DNA from: Octopus sinensis
Taxonomy: Eukaryota
Reading direction: 5' to 3'
Assembly (NCBI RefSeq): GCF_006345805.1
Contig: NW_021835967.1
Span: 1 to 64,000 of the forward strand
DNA: 64,000 nucleotides
Shown: one piece after another, positions 1-11,894 of the stretch
How positions within the stretch are numbered: position 1 is the first letter of the stretch
Layout: each line of letters opens with the position of its first letter
The notes under the pieces: generated by a model
The model's input: only the letters and a program-made list of their open reading frames with translations
What the model was told of the DNA's origin: nothing
Databases searched by the model: none
Translations under genes and position numbers: made by a program

Positions 1-71
1 TTGGCATTAGGAAGGGCTTCCAGCTGTAGAAACACTCGTGTGTGTGTATATATATATATATATATGCTTTT

Positions 72-274
72 ATTCTGTTGCTTGTTTCAGTCATTTGACT
101 GTGGCCATGCTGGAGTACCGCCTTTTAGTCGAGCAAATCGACCCCAGGACTTATTCTTTGTAAGCCTAGTACTTATTCTATCAGTCTCTTTTGCCAAACC
201 GCTAAGTTACGGGGACGTAAACACACCAGCATTGGTTGTGAAGCGATGCTGGGGTGACAAACACAGACACACAA

Positions 275-323
<49 letters not shown>

Positions 324-448
324 GATATATGACGGGCTTCTTTCAGTTTCCGTCTACCAAATCCACTCACAAGTCTTTGGTTGGTCCGAGGCTATAGTAG
401 AAAACACTTGCCCAAGGTGCCACACAGTGGGACTGAACCCGAAACCAT
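72..448 (-). mobile_element. Family A tRNA-headed SINE (Nin/Deu-like central domain, internal (CA)n/(TA)n), head truncated
   Basis: Reverse complement of the ~400 bp element repeated >15 times in the window (GGAGTGGCTGTGTGGTAAG...GAGTGGATTTGGTAGACGGAAACTGAAAGAAGCCC...GGTGCTCCAGCATGGC...GAAACAAGTAAAAGAGT). The domain name is recalled from memory. Confidence 0.85.
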
Positions 449-454
449 TTGATC

Positions 455-870
455 AACATCAATGGAATTTGTAGTTGTGATACCAGTGTCAGTGGCACGT
501 AAGAGAACCATCTGAATGTGGCCATAGCCAGCGCCACATCGACTGGCCTCTGTGCTGGTGGCACGTGACAAACACCAACCGATCGTGGCCGTTGCCAGCC
601 TCGTCTGGTCTCCGTGCCGGTGGCACATAACAAACACCATCCGAGCGTGGCCGTTTGCCAGCCTCGTCTGGCACCTGTGTCGGTGGCATGTAAAAAGCAC
701 CCACTACACTCACGGAGTGGTTGACATTAGGAAGGGCATCCAGCTGTAGAAACACTGCCAGATCAAACTGGGCCTGGTGCAGCCTTCGGGCTTCCCAGAC
801 CCCATTTGAATTGTCCAACCCATGCTAGCATGGAAGGTGGACGTTAAACGATGATGTTGATGATGATGAT
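455..870 (+). mobile_element. Family D: 3' end of an RTE-type retroelement with (ATG)n tail and internal GTGGCAC subrepeats
   Basis: GGTTGRCRTTAGGAAGGGCATCCAGCTGTAGAAAC...CCATGCTAGCATGGAA...GGACGTTAAACGATGATG. Further copies at 2625-2900, 6068-6245, 8195-8390, 20905-21242 and 39060-39250 (+), and 26715-26894 and 47010-47195 (-). At 50590-51450 the same sequence is contiguous with RTE ORF2. Confidence 0.75.
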
Positions 871-1377
871 GACACACACACAGAGGAGGTACTGCTATCA
901 TCATCCATTAACATCTATTTTCCATGCTGGCATGGGTTAGATGAATTGACAGGATCTGACAAACTGCAAGGACTGCATTGAGTTCCACTGTCAGCTTTGG
1001 CATGGTTTTCACTGTCGGGCGCATTTCTAGAAGCCGGCCACTCTACATACAGAATGTACTGGATGCTTTTTTATCATGACACCAGCAAGAGTGAAGGCGC
1101 CAAATAACTTGCAAGACCAGAAAGAACAGAAACCCTCAATTTAGTGAGAATGTACTTGAGAGAGGAGGCAGGGGTCTTTACTCCAGGTGTCAAAAGTCTA
1201 AAGTATAACAGATGAAGAAGCACAGGTGTATATAAAATAGTGCTCTTGTGGCTGTTATTTCTAGCAATGTCAGTTCCACTTTGTATCCCCTGTCACATAA
1301 GTGACATTTATAAACTTACCCTGAGGGGGTCTTTACTCCAGGTGTCAAAAGTCTAAAGTATGATAGATGAAGAAGCA

Positions 1378-1770
1378 CCCCCCTCCTAGCACTCCGTCGG
1401 TTACGATGATGAGGGTTCCGGTTGATCCGAATCAACGGAACAGCCTGCTCGTGAAATTAACGTGTAAGTGGCTGAGCACTCCACAGACACGTGCACCCTT
1501 AACGTAGTTCTCGGGGATATTCAGCGTGACACAGAGAGTGACAAGGCCGGCCCTTTGAAATACAGGTACAACAGAAACAGGAAGTAAGAGTGAGAGAAAG
1601 TTGTGGTGAAAGAGTACACAGGGATCACCACCATCCCTGCCGGAGCCTCGTGGAGCTTTAGGTGTTTTCGCTCAATAAACACTCACAACGCCCGGTCTGG
1701 GAATCGAAACCGCGATCGATCCCATGACCGCGAGTCCGCTGCCCTAACCACTGGGCCATTGCGCCTCCAC
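1378..1770 (-). mobile_element. Family C tRNA-headed SINE (OR1/OR2-like CORE-SINE), full length with 13-bp TSD
   Basis: Minus-strand head GTGGAGGCGCAATGGCCCAGTGGTTAGGGCAGCGG...GGTTTCGATTCCC carries A and B boxes. TSD AGATGAAGAAGCA at 1365-1377 and 1771-1783. Confidence 0.85.
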
Positions 1771-2502
1771 AGATGAAGAAGCATAGGTGTATATAACATA
1801 GTGCTCTTGTGGCGGTTATTTCTAGCAATGTCAGTTCCACTCTATGTCCCCTGTCACATAAGTGACATTTATAAACTTGCCCCGGGGTGTTAAATTGCTA
1901 TTAAGCCACCCATATTATTTATAGTTTTCACTTCTACTGGTTTTGTAATCAGCAAATGCTTTCAATGGTTTTTCTTATAAATTGATGAGGTGAGTGGAGT
2001 TGAGTTTAACCCTAGGCACGGTATGAGCCACCGATGAGAATTAAGATGATCTGCATCAAGATTCGAAATCACCAGTGATGTGACTATATCTGTGACTGTA
2101 GGGAGCTTGTTTCCATTGTCAGCTTGCTAAGATAGCGCTCTTATGGCTAATGAGTTGGTTTGACTCCTTATTTCTAGCACTGCCAGTTCCATTTTGTATC
2201 CTCTGTCAATTTAGTGATATCTGTAAATTTGCCTTTAGGTTGTTAAATTGCTAATAAACAATTATATACATATATATATAATATATATATATGTGATCTC
2301 TTAAGCACCACCAGCTCAAATATTTTCTCCTCTGTCTTCCCTCCTTGGGACCTTTCCTTCTCCTTGTTTCCGACGAAGAGCTCCGCTCGAAATGTTAAAC
2401 CCTCCTTCCCTTCTTTCCTGAGCGTCAATAATACTTTAATTGTTCCACGTCCTCGCGTTGCTGTGTTTTTTTCTCTTTTTTTCTGTGTTTTCTTGTTTGG
2501 AT

Positions 2503-2539
<37 letters not shown>

Positions 2540-2898
2540 TAGGGGTGTGACCAGCCCCTTATGCGTACCTTCCCTTCATTGGACACTAAACTCTGCTTGC
2601 AAAGACCTGTTAAGGCAAGTGAAATCGTAATAAAATTCAATGACTGGCATCCATGCTAGTGAAGTGCTAAGAGCACCATCCGAGCGTGATCGTTGCCAGG
2701 GCAGAAAACTGGCTTCTGTGCCAGTGGCATGTAAAAACACCCACTACACTCTTGGAGTGATTGGCGTTAGGAAGGGCATCCAGCTGTAGAAACTCTGCCA
2801 GATCAGATTGGAGTCTGGTGCAGCCATCTGGTTCACCAGTCCTCAGTCAAATCGTCCAACCCATGCTAGCATGGAAAGTAGACATTAAACGATGATGA

Positions 2899-2937
<39 letters not shown>

Positions 2938-3523
2938 CGTATGTACCGTTGGCGATTTTTTTTCTCCGTCTTCCCTTCTTTGGATCTTTCCTTCTCCTAT
3001 GTTTCTGACAAAGAGCTCCGCTCGAAATGTTAAACCCTCCTTCTTCTTCCCTTCCTTCGAGTGTCAACAATACTATATTGTTCCACGTCCTCGCGTGTAT
3101 GTTTTCTCTTTGTGTTTTCATGTTTGGATTAACTATATATATATATGACCGAAACCGAGGTATGCATTTAAGTCTGTTTTTTATTTAATTTTTCATATGT
3201 CCTGCCCGCCAAATTTGGTTCTGGTGTTCGCTGAATTCTTCCTCTAGAGAATTTCCCTTGTAGTTTGATCGTTGATGATCTATTTCTAGCATTCTGGCCG
3301 GCTACCTAGCAGGCCAGCCCTGCCAATATACACATATATTTGAATTTTCTCTGACTCCTCAGATTTTTTGAATGCTGGACTACTGGTTTTAAATTGATAT
3401 TAAAATTAATATTAATTTATCTCCCTCAATTTTTAAATATATATATATATATAAAAAATTCAGGGTGAATACTTGATAATTGTAAGCACCTGTATATGAC
3501 ATTTAATGGTGCAGGTGATAGAG

Positions 3524-3904
3524 TATATTTATCAAAATAAAAACATGATGCAAAGGATTTAGCGGTACATATGTTTCGGACCTTTATTAGACGGTTTATA
3601 ACAATGCATAATTGATGTAAATGTGTGTCTATAGCCTTCTTCAGCCGCGTACAATTACTACTCAAGGACATGTATTACATTATAAGTTTTACGTTGGGGA
3701 TGCAAATCCTCATAGACACGTACAACAGAGCGAGCGGTGCTTATAATGTAATACATTTCCATGAAGTAGTAATTGTACGCGGCTGAAGAAGGCTAGAGAC
3801 ACACATTTACATCAATTATGCATTGTTATAAACCGTCTAATAAAGGCCCGAAACATATGTACCGCTAAATCCTTTGCGTCATGTTTTTATTTTGATAAAT
3901 ATAT
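3524..3904. repeat. Fold-back inverted repeat (~163-bp arms, 53-nt loop), Penelope-like inverted terminal repeat
   Basis: 3524-3686 is the reverse complement of 3740-3904 with few mismatches. Each arm carries a hammerhead motif. Confidence 0.85.
3779..3865 (+). ncRNA. Type I minimal hammerhead ribozyme (PLE-type); mirror copy at 3562-3648 (-)
   Basis: GCGG-CTGAAGA-[A GGC...GCC C]-GAAAC-ATAT-GTA-CCGC: 4-bp stem I, intact core, palindromic stem III (ACATATGT) and a GUA cleavage triplet. Confidence 0.6.
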
Positions 3905-4223
3905 ATATATATATATATATACAATTCATAAATAAGGGCAAATGAAAAAATTTCTAATGCCAAATATGCCGAAAAATTGGACATATTGTCCATTAACTAT
4001 ATAATTTTTTCACAATGCACACGCTTTATATGGTTAATAGTTAATTATATGGTTAATGGACAATATGTTCAATTTTTCGGCATACTTGGCATTAGAAATT
4101 TTTTCGTTTGCTCTTATTTATGAATTGTTTATAAATTTAACCTTTAAAGGTATTTTTTAATATGCTGGCCATTGAGAAAAATTTTTTCGAAAAAAATTTT
4201 ATCCTACATTAAATATATATATA

Positions 4224-4742
4224 TCTATATATATAAAACTGTAGTTGTGTGAGTGTCTGTCCCCTTCGATTTAGATTCCTAACTACTCCCACATTTTGCG
4301 GTGCAGTTTAACCAAATTCGGGTATCTTATAGTCGTGATTAATATCGAGCCCGTCTGAGTATTAGCGCGCGTCTACGATGAGTCTACGATTTTAAAAATA
4401 ATTTAACATCATTTTTTATTGCATTTTAATGCATAATTTTTCGTGTGTGCGATGGCGGCGGATTGGCGTCCACGCTCAAACAACCTGCACCTGTGTTTGC
4501 TTCTCCCCCTTCTTCCCTCCCTCGTGAAGCTGTGGGGAAGGGAGTGTAAAGGAAATCAACGTCGTAAAGCGTTGTCAAGGAGACCAGCGTTCTTTTAGAA
4601 CAACGACTTCATGGCTTGAAGACACCAAAACAGAAGTGGCTAAGAAAGCCCGAATTGGCATCTATAAGGGAAGTAACTCTCTAAAAATGCTTATATAGTT
4701 ATTTCCCTTACAAACCCGAGCAACGCCGGGCGATACTGCTAG
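4224..4742 (+). mobile_element. Non-autonomous Helitron/DINE-like element
   Basis: Starts a^TCTATATATATAAAA and ends CCCGAGCAACGCCGGG (hairpin)...CTAG^t, with no TSD. Confidence 0.75.
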
Positions 4743-4832
4743 TATATATATATAATGATAAATATCAAAGTGAGTTATATACAGTAGCGATAACACATTG
4801 TGACGTATATTTGCCATTTATGTATATAATAC

Positions 4833-5175
4833 ACATGGCCAGCTGGAGGAGTCTGTCCTCCTGGGGCTAAAAACTACAGTAGCATCCACCCTTAGGGGTA
4901 GCCATATTGAAAGACAGTGGACGCTGGAAAAAGTATAAGTATTTGTGAAGGAGATCTAATTCTCGCCGACAACTATGATTGTCACACGCTGACGAGAGGT
5001 CAATACCTCGAAACTCGAGTCCGTGTGTATCATAAGTTGAAGACGGGAAGGATGGCTTCCCTTCGCAAATACTGATAGGGCACAGAAAGTGTGTCTATGG
5101 CCAGCTGGAGGAATGTGTCCTCCTGGGGCTAAAAACTACAGTAGCATCCACCCTTAGGGGTTAGCCATATTCAAA
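4833..5175 (+). repeat. Partial direct duplication of a module also found at 62901-63733 and inside the 51801-52200 Helitron
   Basis: 4833-4910 resembles 5095-5172 (CCTCCTGGGGCTAAAAACTACAGTAGCATCCACCCTTAGGGG..AGCCATATT). 4995-5172 aligns with 63180-63360. Confidence 0.7.
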
Positions 5176-5285
5176 TGGCAAATATATGTCACTATATATA
5201 TATATATATATATAAGTTTAAGTCACACTATATGGATTCAAGTAATCCAGTGATACTCATAATAAAAGCTCCTTATTGTATTATT

Positions 5286-5578
5286 CTACAAAACATGTTG
5301 TTGTTGTTGGCATCCTTTTGTCTCGGGAGACAATGGAGTTGTGCATAAAATACTGAAGTGTCCACTCCAGTTTCCTCTCCAGTTTTACGCAGTCCTGGGC
5401 CAGATGTAAGAAAATCCTGGGTAGCCCAATCGTCAGGATTCCTCTATCGACCTTGCTGACGTAGTCCAAAGGAGTGTGACAGCATTACGTTTGGTACCAG
5501 CTTGGTTGCAGGAGCTGCCGGAAGAGTGACGAGTCGAACACTAAACCACCTACGGGGCTCCACCCTGGATTTCTTTGA
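5286..5578 (-). mobile_element. Retroelement 3' end with (AAC)n tail, probably RTE/BovB-related
   Basis: Minus strand ends ...CCCGAGACAAAAGGATGCCAACAACAACAAC, resembling RTE-type 3' ends recalled from memory. Confidence 0.4.
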
Positions 5579-5589
5579 AGGTATACCTA

Positions 5590-5897
5590 TGTATATATCA
5601 CCGTGACCGACCAGGCTATCAGATGTTGCTACACATCGCTGGTCACAATGCGCTTTGCATTGTTTTAGCCTTCAAACGACGCCACCCCACTGGCTAAGCG
5701 AGCAGGCCAACAGAAGAAAGAGTGAGAGAAAGTTGTGGCGAAAGAGTACAGCAGGGATCGCCACCACCCCCTGCCGGAGCCTCGTGGAGCTTTAGGTGTT
5801 TTCGCTCAATAAACACTCACAACGCCTGGTCTGGGAATCGAAACCGCGATCCTACGACCGCAAGTCCGCTTCCCTAATCACTGAGCCATTGCACCTC
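5590..5897 (-). mobile_element. Family C SINE variant with the same tRNA head but an alternative 3' tail
   Basis: Head and body match 1600-1770. The tail (5590-5710) differs and recurs at 18650-18735. Confidence 0.7.
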
Positions 5898-5913
5898 CAC
5901 ATATATATATACA

Positions 5914-5951
<38 letters not shown>

Positions 5952-6244
5952 AACACACACACACTCACATATATATATATATATATTATAGATATTACAT
6001 ATGTGTATTATATACGTAAATGTATGTGTATATGTAATATATGTGTGTATGTGTGTGTCTGTATGTATTGGCATGTAAAAAGCACCCACTACACTCACGG
6101 AGTGGTTGGCGTTAGGAAGGGCATCCAGCTGTAGAAACACTGCCAGATCAGATTGGAGCCTGGTGCAGCCTCCTAGCTTCCCAGACCCCGATTGAACTGT
6201 CCAACCCATGCTAGCATGGAAAACGGATGTTAACCGTTGATGAT

Positions 6245-6280
<36 letters not shown>

Positions 6281-6319
6281 AATAAGGATAATATCGATAT
6301 GGGAGAGAGAGAGGTATTC

Positions 6320-6665
6320 AGACTCTCTCACACATGTACACACACACACACACACACACACTCTCTCTCTCTCTCTCTCATACATACACTCTCTCTATCA
6401 CACAGACTCACACTCTCTCTCTCATACACACACTCTCTCTCTCTCTCACATGCACTCTCACACACACACACACACACACTCTCTCACACACACACACACA
6501 CACTCTCTCTCTCTCTCACATATACACCTTCTCTCCTCTCTCCCATTCTCTCTCTCTCTCACACACACACACACACTCTCTCTATCACACACACACACAC
6601 TCTCTCTCTCACACACACACACTCTCTCTCTCTCTCACATATACGCCTTCTCTCCTCTCTCCCAT

Positions 6666-6697
<32 letters not shown>

Positions 6698-7030
6698 TCT
6701 CTCTATCACACACACACACACTCTCTCTCTCTCACACACACACTCTCTCTCTCTCACACACACACTCTCTCTCTCTCTCACATATACACCTTCTCTCCTC
6801 TCTCCCATTCTCTCTCTCTCTCACACACACACACACACTCTCTCTATCACACACACACACACTCTCTCTCTCTCACACACACACACACTCTCTCTCTCTC
6901 TCACATATACACCTTCTCTCCTCTCTCCCATTCTCTCTCTCCCTCGCTCACACACACTCTCTCCTCCCTCTCTCTCACACACACACTTTCTCCTCCCTCT
7001 CCTTCTCTCTCTCCCTCCCCCCTTTCTCTC
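6320..7030. repeat. Compound (CT)n/(CA)n microsatellite with a ~120-140 bp higher-order repeat
   Basis: The anchor CATATACACCTTCTCTCCTCTCTCCCATT recurs near 6519, 6638, 6781 and 6904. Confidence 0.9.
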
Positions 7031-7290
7031 AGACAAATCAGTTAATCAATATCACTGATCAATGTCACAGTTACATGTTTACCTGTATGAGCTTCGAGTA
7101 TCATTGATTTTGTAATTTTCATCTGGGAAGCATTATTTTCGAGACGAGTTTAATCTGGATACAGTGTAAGACGGATTTCAGTTTTGTCAGGGGAAGGGGC
7201 CTCACAAATGCCCTGTATTTCTTGTGAGACAACTGCAAGAAAAATACATGGCTATAAATAAGCCCCTATACCTAAGGGCTTGTTTCTAAC

Positions 7291-8057
7291 ATAATAGACC
7301 ACAGGCTTAGCAACATAATAGGCCCCAGCCTTAGCAGTATAATAGGCCCCAGGTTTAGCAGCATAAGAGGTCCCAGGCTTAGCAGCGTAATAGGCCCCAG
7401 GCTTAACAGCATAATAGGCCCCAGGCTTAGCAGCATAATAGGTCACAGGCTTAGCAGCATAATAGGCCCCGGGCTTAGCAGCATAATAGGCCCCAGGCTT
7501 AGCAGCTTAATAGGTCACAGGCTTAGCAGCATAATAGGCCCCGGGCTTAACAGCATAATAGGCCCCAGGCTTAGCAGCATAATAGGTCCCAGGCTTAGCA
7601 GCATAATAGGCCCCAGGCTTAGCAGCTTAATAGGCCCCGGGTTTAGCAGCTTAATAGGCCCCTGGCTTAGCAGCTTAATAGGCCCAGGCTTAGCAACATA
7701 ATAGGCCCCAGGCTTAGCAGCATAATAGGCCCCAGGTTTAGCAGCATAAGAGGTCCCAGCCTTAGCAGCATAATAGGCCCCGAGCTTAGCAGCATAATAG
7801 GCCCCAGGCTTAGCAGCTTAATAGACCCCGGGCTTAGCAGCATAATAGGCCCCTGGCTTAGCAGCTTAATAGGGCCCTAGCTTAGCAGCATAATAGGCCC
7901 CAGGCTTAACAGCATAATAGGCCCCAGGCTTAGCAGCGTAATAGGCCCCAGGTTTAGCAGCATAATAGGTCACAGGCTTAGCAGCATAATAGGCCCCAGG
8001 TTTAGCAGCTTAATAGGCCCCAGGCTTAGCAGCATTAGAGGCCCTAGGTTTAGCAGC
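7291..8057. repeat. 24-bp minisatellite, ~32 units
   Basis: Unit ATAATAGGCCCCAGGCTTAGCAGC with scattered substitutions. Confidence 0.95.
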
Positions 8058-8595
8058 TGGGGCCTATTATGCTAAACCATAATAGTGTCCCCTATTTTTC
8101 ATTTTTCAGATAACATTTACACTCTGGTATACAGGGTAAGTGTCCCCTATTTTTCAGATAACTCTGTCATGCAGGGTAAGGTGTCCCCTGGCCTGACTGG
8201 CCCTCATGCAGGTGGCACATAAAAGCACCCACTACACTCTTGGAGTGGTTGGCATTAGGAAGGGCATCCAGCTGTAGAAACTCTGCCAGATCAGACTGGA
8301 GCCTGGTGCAGCCATCTGGTTCGCAAGACCACAGCCAAATCATCCAACCCATGCTAGCATGGAAAGCGGACGTTAAATGATGATGATAATGGTGATTAAT
8401 CAATATATATATATACATACATATACGACAGGCTTCTTTCAGTTTCCATCTACCAAATCCACTCACAAGGCTTTGGTCGGCCCGAGGCTATAGTAGAAGA
8501 CACTTGCCCAAGGTGCCATACAGTGGGAGTGAACTCAGAACCATGTGGTTGGTAAGCAAGCTACTTACCACACAGTCACTCCTGCACCTACAATT

Positions 8596-8975
8596 ACTCT
8601 TTTACTTGTTTCAGTCACCTGACTCTGGCCATGCTGGAGCACCGTCTTTAGTCAAGCAAGTTGACCCCAGGACTTATTCTTTGTAAGCCTAGTACTTATT
8701 CTATCAGTCTCTTTTGCCAAACCGCTAAGTTACGAGGACGTAAACACACCAGCATCGGTTGTCAATCAATGTTGGGGATGGACAAACACAGACACAGACA
8801 CACACACATATATATATACATATATACGACGGGCTTCTTTCAGTTTCCGTCTACCAAATCCACTCACAAGGCTTTGGTCGGCCCGAGGTTGTAGTAGAAG
8901 ACACTTGCCCAAGGTGCCATACAGTGGGACTGAACCAGGGACCATGTGGTTCGTAAGCAAGCTACTTACCACACA
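8596..8975 (-). mobile_element. Family A SINE (a second head fragment lies at 8424-8588)
   Basis: Near-consensus match to the other family A copies. Confidence 0.85.
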
Positions 8976-9134
8976 ATAAAAAAATAGTAAAATATAATGT
9001 GTATCATAGGAATATAAACAATTTATTGGATGTCAATTTTAATAACAAAATCTTGTATGGACCCCCTCCCACCCAAGGGCCATATGCGCTCTGGTTGAGA
9101 ACCACTGACACAGACTGTGGGGTATGTCTTTCAC

Positions 9135-10503
9135 CTGTTGATCAGTTCTTATATAATGTGACACATATTTATTACCTGGTCAGTTGATCAGTTCTTTTAT
9201 AGATTGTGCTGTGCATCTGTAACCTGGTCAATTGTAGGTCATTTTCAATATAGATGGTGCTGTCCACCTCTGAGCAGGTCAGTTGTCGATCAGTCCTTAT
9301 ATAGACTGTTCTGTACACCTCTGACCTGGACAGTACAGATTTGACTTGGTCAGTTGTTGGTCAGTTCTCATATAGACTGTGCTATACACCTCTGACCTGG
9401 ACAGAACAGCTCTGACTTGGTCAGTTGTCAGTCAGTTCTTCTATAGACTGTGCTGTAACCTCTGACCTGGACAGTACTGCTCTGACTTGGTCAGTTGTCG
9501 GTCAATTCTTCTATAGACTGTGCTGTAACCTCTGACCTGGACAGTACTGCTCTGACTTGGTCAGTTGTCGGTCAATTCTTCTATAGACTGTGCTGTAACC
9601 TCTGACCTGGACAGTACTGCTCTGACTTGGTCAGTTGTCGGTCAATTCTTCTATAGACTGTGCTGTAACCTCTGACCTGGACAGTACTGCTCTGACTTGG
9701 TCAGTTGTCGGTCAATCTTCTATAGACTGTGCTGTAACCTCTGACCTGGACAGTACTGCTCTGACTTGGTCAGTTGTCGGTCAATTCTTCTATAGACTGT
9801 GCTGTAACCTCTGACCTGGACAGTACTGCTCTGACTTGGTCAGTTGTCGGTCAATTCTTCTATAGACTGTGCTGTAACCTCTGACCTGGACAGTACTGCT
9901 CTGACTTGGTCAGTTGTCGGTCAATTCTTCTATAGACTGTGCTGTAACCTCTGACCTGGACAGTACTGCTCTGACTTGGTCAGTTGTCGGTCAATTCTTC
10001 TATAGACTGTGCTGTAACCTCTGACCTGGACAGTACTGCTCTGACTTGGTCAGTTGTCGGTCAATTCTTCTGTAGACTGTGCTGTAACCTCTGACCTGGA
10101 CAGTACTGCTCTGACTTGTCAGTTGTCGGTCATTCTTCTATAGACTGTGCTGTAACCTCTGACCTGGACATACTGCTCTGACTTGGTCAGTTGTCGGTCA
10201 ATTCTTCTGTAGACTGTGCTGTAACCTCTGACCTGGACAGTACTGCTCTGACTTGGTCAGTTGTCGGTCAATTCTTCTATAGACTGTGCTGTAACCTCTG
10301 ACCTGGACAGAACAGCTCTGACTTGGTCAGTTGTCGGTCAATTCTTCTATAGACTGTGCTGTAACCTCTGACCTGAACAGAACAGCTCTGACTTGGTCAG
10401 TTGTCGGTCAATTCTTCTATAGACTGTGCTGTAACCTCTGACCTGGACAGTACTGCTCTGACTTGGTCAGTTGTCGGTCAATTCTTCTATAGACTGTGCT
10501 GTG
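9135..10503. repeat. 70-bp tandem repeat, ~16 near-identical units plus diverged 71-bp and 51-bp units at the left edge
   Basis: Unit CTATAGACTGTGCTGTAACCTCTGACCTGGACAGTACTGCTCTGACTTGGTCAGTTGTCGGTCAATTCTT starts at 9441, 9511, 9581 and so on. There are no spacers. Confidence 0.95.
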
Positions 10504-11440
10504 TGTGTCTGCACGTTTGTGTGTATATTTGTGTATGTGTGTGTGCTTTGATTCTTGTGTGCATGTGTGCATGCATGAGTGTGTCTGTATGTCTGTGCTT
10601 GCATGTGTGTTTGTGCATATATGTATGTGTGCATTCAGGCACGTGTGTGTTTGTGCAAGTTAGTATATTTATGTGTGTTTGTGTATGTGTGCATGCATAC
10701 ACGTTTGTATGTGTGTCTGTTTGTGCATGTATGAGTATATGTGTGTGTGTGTGTGCATTCATGAATGTGTGCATGCATACACGTGTGTGTTTGTGTGTGC
10801 ATACACACATGTATACATGTACGTGTATGTACATACATGTATGTGTGTGTGTGTGTGCATGCATACACGTGTGTGTTTGTGTGTGCATACACACATGTAT
10901 ACATGTACGTGTATGTACATACATGTATGTGTGTGTGTGTGTGCATGCATACACGTGTGTGTTTGTGTGTGCATACACACATGTATACATGTACGTGTAT
11001 GTACATACATGTATGTGTGTGTGTGTGTGTGCATGCATACACGTGTGTGTTTGTGTGTGCATACACACATGTATACATGTACGTGTATGTACATGCATGT
11101 ATGTGTGTCTGTGTGTGCATGTATGTGTATATGTGTGTGTGCATGCATGTGTATATGTGTTTGTGTGTGCATACACGTGTATACATGTACGTGTATGTAC
11201 ATGCATGTATGTGTGTCTGTGTGTGCATGTATGTGTATATGTGTGTGTGTGTGTGCTTGCATACACGTGTGTGTGTTTGTGTGTGCATACACACGTGTGT
11301 ATACACGTACGTGCATGTACATGCATGTATGTGTGTGCATGCACTTACGTATGTGTGTATGTGCATCTGCGTCCATGCATGCACACGTGTGTGCTTGCAT
11401 GCATGTGCCTACATGTATGCGTGCGCATGTACACATTTGC
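10495..11440. repeat. Alternating purine-pyrimidine (GT/AT/GC) array with a ~86-bp higher-order unit
   Basis: GCATGCATACACGTGTGTGTTTG recurs near 10771, 10857, 10943 and 11031. Confidence 0.9.
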
Positions 11441-11749
11441 ATGGGTGCATTCCGTTTCTGCATCACTGGCCCCTGTTCTATGCATCATGTCCTGACCAAC
11501 ACGCAGCACTGCCCCAAATACAGCATTCCGAATCATTATGGCCAGACGAGACAGCGCTTCACACGCCACACATCCTGACTGCTGAACAATAGACGGAACA
11601 CAGCACAGACAAAGGATAACCGGTCAATAATTGACCGCTAACAATGAAGCGGTGGGTAAGAGTGTCGATGACCAACAGATTGTATTCCACTGTCTGAATA
11701 TCTCTATCAATTGACTGACAACTCACTTCAGACTGATGCAGTGAAGCAG

Positions 11750-11771
11750 AGTGTGTGTGTGTGTGTGAGAG

Positions 11772-11839
<68 letters not shown>

Positions 11840-11858
11840 AGAGAGTGTGTGTGTGGTG

Positions 11859-11894
<36 letters not shown>

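Noticed and set aside
1953-1989. 37-nt exon-like segment (NAFNGFSYKLM, donor GTGAGT)
   Set aside because: It is too short to distinguish from chance and lies among local duplications.
8110-8135. 26-nt micro-exon-like segment (tttttcAG...G|GTAAGT)
   Set aside because: It is part of a small local duplication (repeated at 8143-8190) next to a minisatellite, and no partner exons were found. It is worth revisiting only with RNA-seq.
9441-10503. CRISPR-like appearance of the 70-bp array
   Set aside because: The units abut directly with no unique spacers, and the context is eukaryotic.
11440-11660. Unique island with protein-like short frames and a GTAAGA donor
   Set aside because: No acceptor and frame combination gives a stop-free exon on the plus strand, and the minus-strand open frame has no recognisable domain or good donor.
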